Of a stretch of DNA of 64,000 nt, positions 59,207 through 64,000 are shown piece by piece; within the stretch, counting starts at the first letter, position 1, and every line of letters begins with the position of its first letter. The notes under the pieces are model-generated. The model saw nothing but the letters and a program-made list of their open reading frames with translations. It did no database searches and was not told the origin of the DNA. The stretch is from an uncultured Brevifollis sp. (GTDB lineage: Bacteria > Verrucomicrobiota > Verrucomicrobiia > Verrucomicrobiales > Verrucomicrobiaceae), in contig CAZXPU010000002.1 in NCBI GenBank assembly GCA_964642905.1, forward strand, positions 34,154 to 98,153. The letters run 5' to 3'. A program made the translations under genes and the position numbers.

Positions 59207-60781
59207 TCACACCCGCCGCAGCGGCTGCGAGAAGATCATGTCCACGATGGGAATTGGCGTACGCAAAGCCGGTTCAGTGCTCGCGAAGGCGGGGCCGCGC
59301 AGGGCTTTTTGATCATGGATCTGCGAGATGTCATGCACGTTCATGCCGCGCAGCATTTCAGCGGACAGCGGCCGGCCTTGTTGATGCGTGTTCGGATACG
59401 CAAAAGCCTCCACGCGCACGAAGGCGGCCTCGAGACGGCCGCCGGCATCGCGTTTGAGCGGAAACTCGCCCTGGGCAGCATCGACGATGCTGGCGACGCC
59501 TTGATCGGTGATGAAGCGAATCTGCACGTTGGCACGGTTGGCGTCGTTGCCAGCCACGGCAACGTGCAGCGTGTCGTTTTGCACGGTGATGCGGCTGAAA
59601 CGGAAACTGCTGCGGTCATAGGGCGCGACGACCTCGCCCGTCTCGCTGGATGCCAGCGAGGCCACCGAGCCAAAGAAGGCCCCCTGGCGGTAGGCGCGCA
59701 AGGCCGCAGCCTCGCGCTCACCCGCTGACAGGGCGTCCAGCTTCGGCACAAGCAGCACGTTGCGTCCGCGGCCGTAGGTGTTGTGATCCTTGACGAAGAA
59801 ACCCCAGCAACGACGTCCCGTGCGCAGGATGTCATCCCAGAGCTGGTAGAAATGCAGGTTAGGCTTTCCGCTGTGGTCGTAGAAGCCGCGGCTGGAGCCA
59901 AAGCCGGAGGTGAGCTGGTTCCACACCTCGATGCCGAGCACGCGCGGATCAAAGTCGAGCATCGGCAGGTAGTCTGTGATCTTTCCGGTCGGATGATTGA
60001 GCGTCATGCCGCCTCCATCCGGGTGTTGCAGCGCGCCAAAGGCTTCACGGAAGACATCGCGCCATGGGCGGTTCGTGCCCTGCATGAGTCGATATTGCGT
60101 CAGGGACATCGCTTGGGCGTCAAACTCAAGATCGGTGTCGATGCTGGCCGTCGTGGCACGCAGATAGATCGTGTGATTTCCGGGCGCGAGCTCGCGCACC
60201 TGCACAGGCCCCTTGTCCGCAAAACCCTTGCGGAAATCGCACTCGTTCGCGCCTTTGATGCTGAGCCTGGCGACCGGTTTGCCAGCCTTGGCATCGAGCC
60301 GAACATCCAGCCGATAAACACCGAGCCAGGGCTTTTGTGCATCGAACACCTTCAGGTTTTCAAAGCGATGCACCACAGGCGACACGGCACATTCCCTGGC
60401 ACTCACCGAGCTGCCGTAACCGGTGGCGAGCAGGCTGCCAAGCGCATTGGCATGCAGGCCTGTGTCCGTGAACGAATGATGCTCCGCATTCGGAGAGGCG
60501 ACCAGGCGCGGATGCTTCGCCGCATACTCTGCAGGCAAGGGGTAGGTCGGCGCCGAAGGATAGTAGTTGCTGAAGGCAAAGTGCCCGTAGCCCATCTCCA
60601 GGAAGCCGTCACGGGAGGCATCCGTCTGCCCCTGATGCTGATGCGACATGGAATGCAGGTGCTCACAGGCGTCCCAGTCCACCTCCGCATACGGGTTTTC
60701 AATCCTGCCGCCACCGGCCGCGCCCCAGCTTGCCTGAACGGGCAGGGCGGCCAAGGAGGCGATCAGCTTTCGGCGATTCAT
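59207..60781 (-). CDS. Tat-exported PHP-like metallohydrolase with inserted domain
   Basis: MNRRKLIA signal; HSMSHQH, NAEHH, LNHP, IEVWN, VKDH metal-ligand pattern. Confidence 0.65.
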   Translation of the reverse strand: MNRRKLIASLAALPVQASWGAAGGGRIENPYAEVDWDACEHLHSMSHQHQGQTDASRDGFLEMGYGHFAFSNYYPSAPTYPLPAEYAAKHPRLVASPNAEHHSFTDTGLHANALGSLLATGYGSSVSARECAVSPVVHRFENLKVFDAQKPWLGVYRLDVRLDAKAGKPVARLSIKGANECDFRKGFADKGPVQVRELAPGNHTIYLRATTASIDTDLEFDAQAMSLTQYRLMQGTNRPWRDVFREAFGALQHPDGGGMTLNHPTGKITDYLPMLDFDPRVLGIEVWNQLTSGFGSSRGFYDHSGKPNLHFYQLWDDILRTGRRCWGFFVKDHNTYGRGRNVLLVPKLDALSAGEREAAALRAYRQGAFFGSVASLASSETGEVVAPYDRSSFRFSRITVQNDTLHVAVAGNDANRANVQIRFITDQGVASIVDAAQGEFPLKRDAGGRLEAAFVRVEAFAYPNTHQQGRPLSAEMLRGMNVHDISQIHDQKALRGPAFASTEPALRTPIPIVDMIFSQPLRRV

Positions 60782-60884
60782 CCAACGCAGTCGCTCCGCC
60801 GCAGACCATCCTTTCAGCGAAGAAGCCGGAGAGTTCCCTGCCCGGCGAAAACTCGCTCCGCCTGGCGCGTATCGTCTCTCCTTC

Positions 60885-62285
60885 ATGAAGCCCGCCACGT
60901 CCTCCCGCCGCCACTTCCTCAAAACAGCCGCCGCCACGGCCGCCACCTTCAACATCGTCCCGCGTCATGTCCTGGGAGGCCCGCGCTTTGTGCCGCCGAG
61001 CGAGAAGGTGAACGTGGCCATCATCGGCACCGGCGGACAGGGCCGCACCAATGTCCGCAACCTTCTGCCGCTCGACGACTGCCAGATCATCGCCGTGGCC
61101 GATCCGGCCGAGTCGTTCAGCCTCGAAAACTTCTACTTCAAGGGCATGGGAGGCCGCCTGCCCGTGAAGGCGGAGATCGAGAAGCACTACGCGGAGAAGA
61201 CGCCGAACTTCCGCTGCGCCGACTACGTCGACTTCCGCGAGATGCTGGAGAAGGAAAAGTCCATCGATGCCGTGCTCGTCGCCACGCCGGACCACCTGCA
61301 CGCCTACTGCTCCGTGGTCGCCATGCGGGCCGGCAAGCATGTCTACTGCGAAAAGCCGCTCACTCACAACATCTGGGAGGCGCGTCATGTCGCCAAGGTG
61401 GCTGCTGAAACCGGCGTCGCCACGCAGCTCGGCAGCCAGGGGCATTCTTCGTTAGGCACGCGCGAAACCATCGAGTACATCCAGGATGGCGCCATCGGCG
61501 CGGTGAAGGAGATTCATGTCTGGGTGGGTGCAAAACGGTGGAACCCCACGCTCACCGGCAGGCCTTCCGAAACGCCGCCCGTGCCCGCAGGCCTGAACTG
61601 GGACCTCTGGCTCGGCCCTCGTCAGGAGCGCCCCTTCAACCCGGCCTACTTCCCCGTGGCCTGGCGTGACTTCTGGGACTTCGGCTGCACGGGCATCGGC
61701 GACTTCGCCTGCCACGACATGAACACCGCCGTGCGCGCCTTTGACCTGCCCGTGCCCTCCCGGATCGAAGCCCATGCCGCCGGCCTGACCAACACTGAGA
61801 TCGCCCCCTACGGATCCCTCATCTACTACACCTTCCCCGCCGCCGGCGCGCGTCCGGAAATCCGCATGACCTGGTACGACGGCGGCCTGATGCCCCAGAA
61901 ACCCGAGGCGCTCGGCAGCTTCCCGCTTCCAGGCCGCGGCTGCCTGTTCATCGGGGAAAAGGGCGTGATCCAGTGCGATGGCGGCGGCGGCGCGCCTCGT
62001 CTTTTCCCCGACAGGCTGCGCGCCGAATACCAGAAACCTGCGCCGAGGCTCAAGCGCTCCAACGGCCATCACCGCGACTGGATCGACGCCTGCAAGGGCG
62101 GCGAACCCGCCACCAGCCCCTTCGCCTACGCCGCCCATCTCACCGAGATCGCGCTGCTCGGCGTGCTGTCTCTGCGCACCCAGAAGGCCGTCGACTGGGA
62201 CGCCGCCGCCCTGAAGGCGCGCGGCCTGCCCGCCGCCGACGCCTTCATCAAGGAAGAATACCGCAAGGGCTGGGAGGTGGTCTAA
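60885..62285 (+). CDS. Gfo/Idh/MocA family oxidoreductase, Tat-exported
   Basis: SSRRHFLK, IIGTGGQG, TPDHLH, YCEKPLTH, WDLWLGP, GDFACH. Confidence 0.93.
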   Translation: MKPATSSRRHFLKTAAATAATFNIVPRHVLGGPRFVPPSEKVNVAIIGTGGQGRTNVRNLLPLDDCQIIAVADPAESFSLENFYFKGMGGRLPVKAEIEKHYAEKTPNFRCADYVDFREMLEKEKSIDAVLVATPDHLHAYCSVVAMRAGKHVYCEKPLTHNIWEARHVAKVAAETGVATQLGSQGHSSLGTRETIEYIQDGAIGAVKEIHVWVGAKRWNPTLTGRPSETPPVPAGLNWDLWLGPRQERPFNPAYFPVAWRDFWDFGCTGIGDFACHDMNTAVRAFDLPVPSRIEAHAAGLTNTEIAPYGSLIYYTFPAAGARPEIRMTWYDGGLMPQKPEALGSFPLPGRGCLFIGEKGVIQCDGGGGAPRLFPDRLRAEYQKPAPRLKRSNGHHRDWIDACKGGEPATSPFAYAAHLTEIALLGVLSLRTQKAVDWDAAALKARGLPAADAFIKEEYRKGWEVV

Positions 62286-62287
62286 CC

Positions 62288-63223
62288 ATGAGCGAAATCA
62301 TTGCCTTCACCCCCCTCTCTGCCGACGACCGCAGGCCAGTCGCGGAGCTGCTGCACCGCTCGCTGGTCCAGTGGTATGAGTCCCGCCTGGGCCAGGGCGC
62401 GCGCTTTGGCAACAGCCATGATCCCTTCCTTCTCTTCCCCGAGGTCTATGAGGCGCTCGATCCCGGCGAGTGCGTCACGGCACGGGACGCGGACGGCAGG
62501 ATCCTCGGCGTCTGCTTCTCCCACGAACGTGAAACGCATGTGGCCATCGGCATCGTCTCCACGGCCCCCGAGGCGGGCGGCCGCGGCATTGCGAAAAAGA
62601 TGATGTCCCTGGTGCTCGACAAGGCGCGCAGGCTCGGCAAGCCGGCGCGGCTGGTGTCCAGCCTGCTGAACCTGGACTCCTTCTCGCTCTACACCCGGCT
62701 GGGGTTCGTGCCTGGAGCCACCTTCCAGGACCTGCTCATCACCGTGCCTGAAACCGGCATGATGTCCCCGCCTCCCCTGGGTGTGGACCAGGTGCGCGAC
62801 GCCAGAACGGATGAAGCCGCACGCATCGCCGACTTTGAATTCTCCCAGCAGGGCATCCGTCGCGAAAAGGACTTCCACTTCTTTCTGCGGAACGATGTCG
62901 GCTCCTGGCGCGTGCTGGTTTCCGAGGATGGCGAAGGCCGCATGAACGGATTCCTCGGCATGAGCACCCATGCATCCTGCACCATGATCGGCCCAGGCGT
63001 CGCAGCCGATGAGCAGGCCTCCATCGCCCTGTTGTGGAAAGCGCTCGACGGCCTGCGCGGGCGCAGCCTGGTTTTCCTGGCGCCCTGTTCCGCCACCGGC
63101 CTCGTGCGCACCGCCTACGACTGGGGCGCCCGCAACGTTGAGCTGCATGTCGCCCAGTCCACGGCGCCTAACCATTCCGCCAAAGGCATTGTCTTCCCCA
63201 CCTTCATGCCCGAGACGGCCTGA
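62288..63223 (+). CDS. GNAT family acetyltransferase (tandem GNAT-like)
   Basis: VSTAPEAGGRGIAKKMM, SLYTRLGF, second domain with IGPGVA. Confidence 0.8.
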   Translation: MSEIIAFTPLSADDRRPVAELLHRSLVQWYESRLGQGARFGNSHDPFLLFPEVYEALDPGECVTARDADGRILGVCFSHERETHVAIGIVSTAPEAGGRGIAKKMMSLVLDKARRLGKPARLVSSLLNLDSFSLYTRLGFVPGATFQDLLITVPETGMMSPPPLGVDQVRDARTDEAARIADFEFSQQGIRREKDFHFFLRNDVGSWRVLVSEDGEGRMNGFLGMSTHASCTMIGPGVAADEQASIALLWKALDGLRGRSLVFLAPCSATGLVRTAYDWGARNVELHVAQSTAPNHSAKGIVFPTFMPETA

Positions 63224-63266
63224 AGCCAGGATTGACGCAGACAACCTTGTTTCCGACACTGATCTC

Positions 63267-64000
63267 ATGACCTCGTGGAATCGACGCCAGTTTCTCGGCA
63301 CCGCCGCCATCACCTTGGCAGCAGCCGCCTCCCGCGCCGCCACGGCCGCGCCCGCGGCCTGCGGCCTCGGAATCAGCACCTACGGCCTGCAGTCCATGGA
63401 CCTGGAGTCCGCCGTCAGCCTGATTGCTGAAACAGGTTATGACTGCCTGGAAATCGCCGCCATGGAGAAGCTCACGGGCGAGCCTGGACGGGTCTCCACG
63501 GAGCAACGCCGCAGCCTCCGGCAGCGGATTGGCGACAAGAGGCTTCGCCTCTGCGCCCTGATGGCGGACCTGCATCCAAACACGGATGATGCAGTTCACC
63601 AAAAACAGACGGAGTCCCTGAAAAGGCTGGCCGAACTCGGGCATGACCTGTCGCCGGATCATCCGCCGCTGATTCAGACGGTGTTCGCCGGCAAGGACTG
63701 GGAGACGTCGAAAACCCTGTTTCTGAAACGCCTGACTGACTGGGTGAAGGTGGCCGACGAGATGAAGTTCACGTTTTGCATCAAGCCGCATCGGATGCAG
63801 GCCATGAGCCGCCCGGAGGACGCCATCTGGCTGTTTCAGCAGCTCGGCGAGCCGACGCGGCTGCGCATGGTCTATGACTACAGCCACTTTCACCGCCGCG
63901 AGCCGGAGATGACGATCGCGGACACGGTGGCAAAGTCCCTTCCATGGACGGCCTACGTGGCCTCCAAGGATGCGGTCATGAAGGATGGCAAGCCGGCCTT
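63267..64000 (+). CDS. Sugar phosphate isomerase/epimerase (xylose isomerase-like TIM barrel), Tat-exported, 3' truncated
   Basis: Not in the ORF track because there is no stop before the edge; translated by hand: MTSWNRRQFLG, GISTYG, GYDCLEI, IKPH, YDYSHF, ASKD. Confidence 0.85.
   Translation, partial: MTSWNRRQFLGTAAITLAAAASRAATAAPAACGLGISTYGLQSMDLESAVSLIAETGYDCLEIAAMEKLTGEPGRVSTEQRRSLRQRIGDKRLRLCALMADLHPNTDDAVHQKQTESLKRLAELGHDLSPDHPPLIQTVFAGKDWETSKTLFLKRLTDWVKVADEMKFTFCIKPHRMQAMSRPEDAIWLFQQLGEPTRLRMVYDYSHFHRREPEMTIADTVAKSLPWTAYVASKDAVMKDGKPA

Noticed and set aside
1-64000. CRISPR arrays, rRNA, prophage or IS transposases
   Set aside because: No regularly spaced direct repeats, no rRNA-like non-coding stretch, and no phage or transposase motifs in any frame

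Overview
High-GC (about 65-67% in hand-counted core lines) bacterial chromosome segment. Gene content (DUF1552/DUF1592 pair, PVC-type heme-binding protein, DUF1080, DUF5069, tandem sulfatases, Tat-exported Gfo/Idh/MocA proteins) suggests a Verrucomicrobia or other PVC organism; this is inferred, not database-checked. There are about 52 intact or edge-truncated CDS and 2 pseudogenes (a frameshifted GxxExxY gene and an internally deleted esterase). I saw no rRNA, tRNA, CRISPR array, integrase or transposase. Most genes encode secreted hydrolases or oxidoreductases of unknown substrate. Highlights: (1) an in-frame thiopurine S-methyltransferase-DHA2 MFS fusion, divergent from a LysR gene across a 14/15 inverted repeat, on a lower-GC islet; (2) a flavin-dependent halogenase-like gene back-to-back with an LpxL-like acyltransferase, with no PKS nearby; (3) a GTAG-type REP/REPIN family whose first bases supply the stop codons of three genes, with one inverted pair enclosing a 3.6 kb lower-GC block of GNAT/SnoaL/HAD/VOC genes; (4) a Ser/Thr kinase fused to a receiver domain and coupled to a CPXCG protein; (5) a ricin-esterase-SMP30 triple fusion. 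Family assignments come from visible motifs and recalled family knowledge, not from searches. Many start codons were moved from the ORF track to more plausible ATGs.
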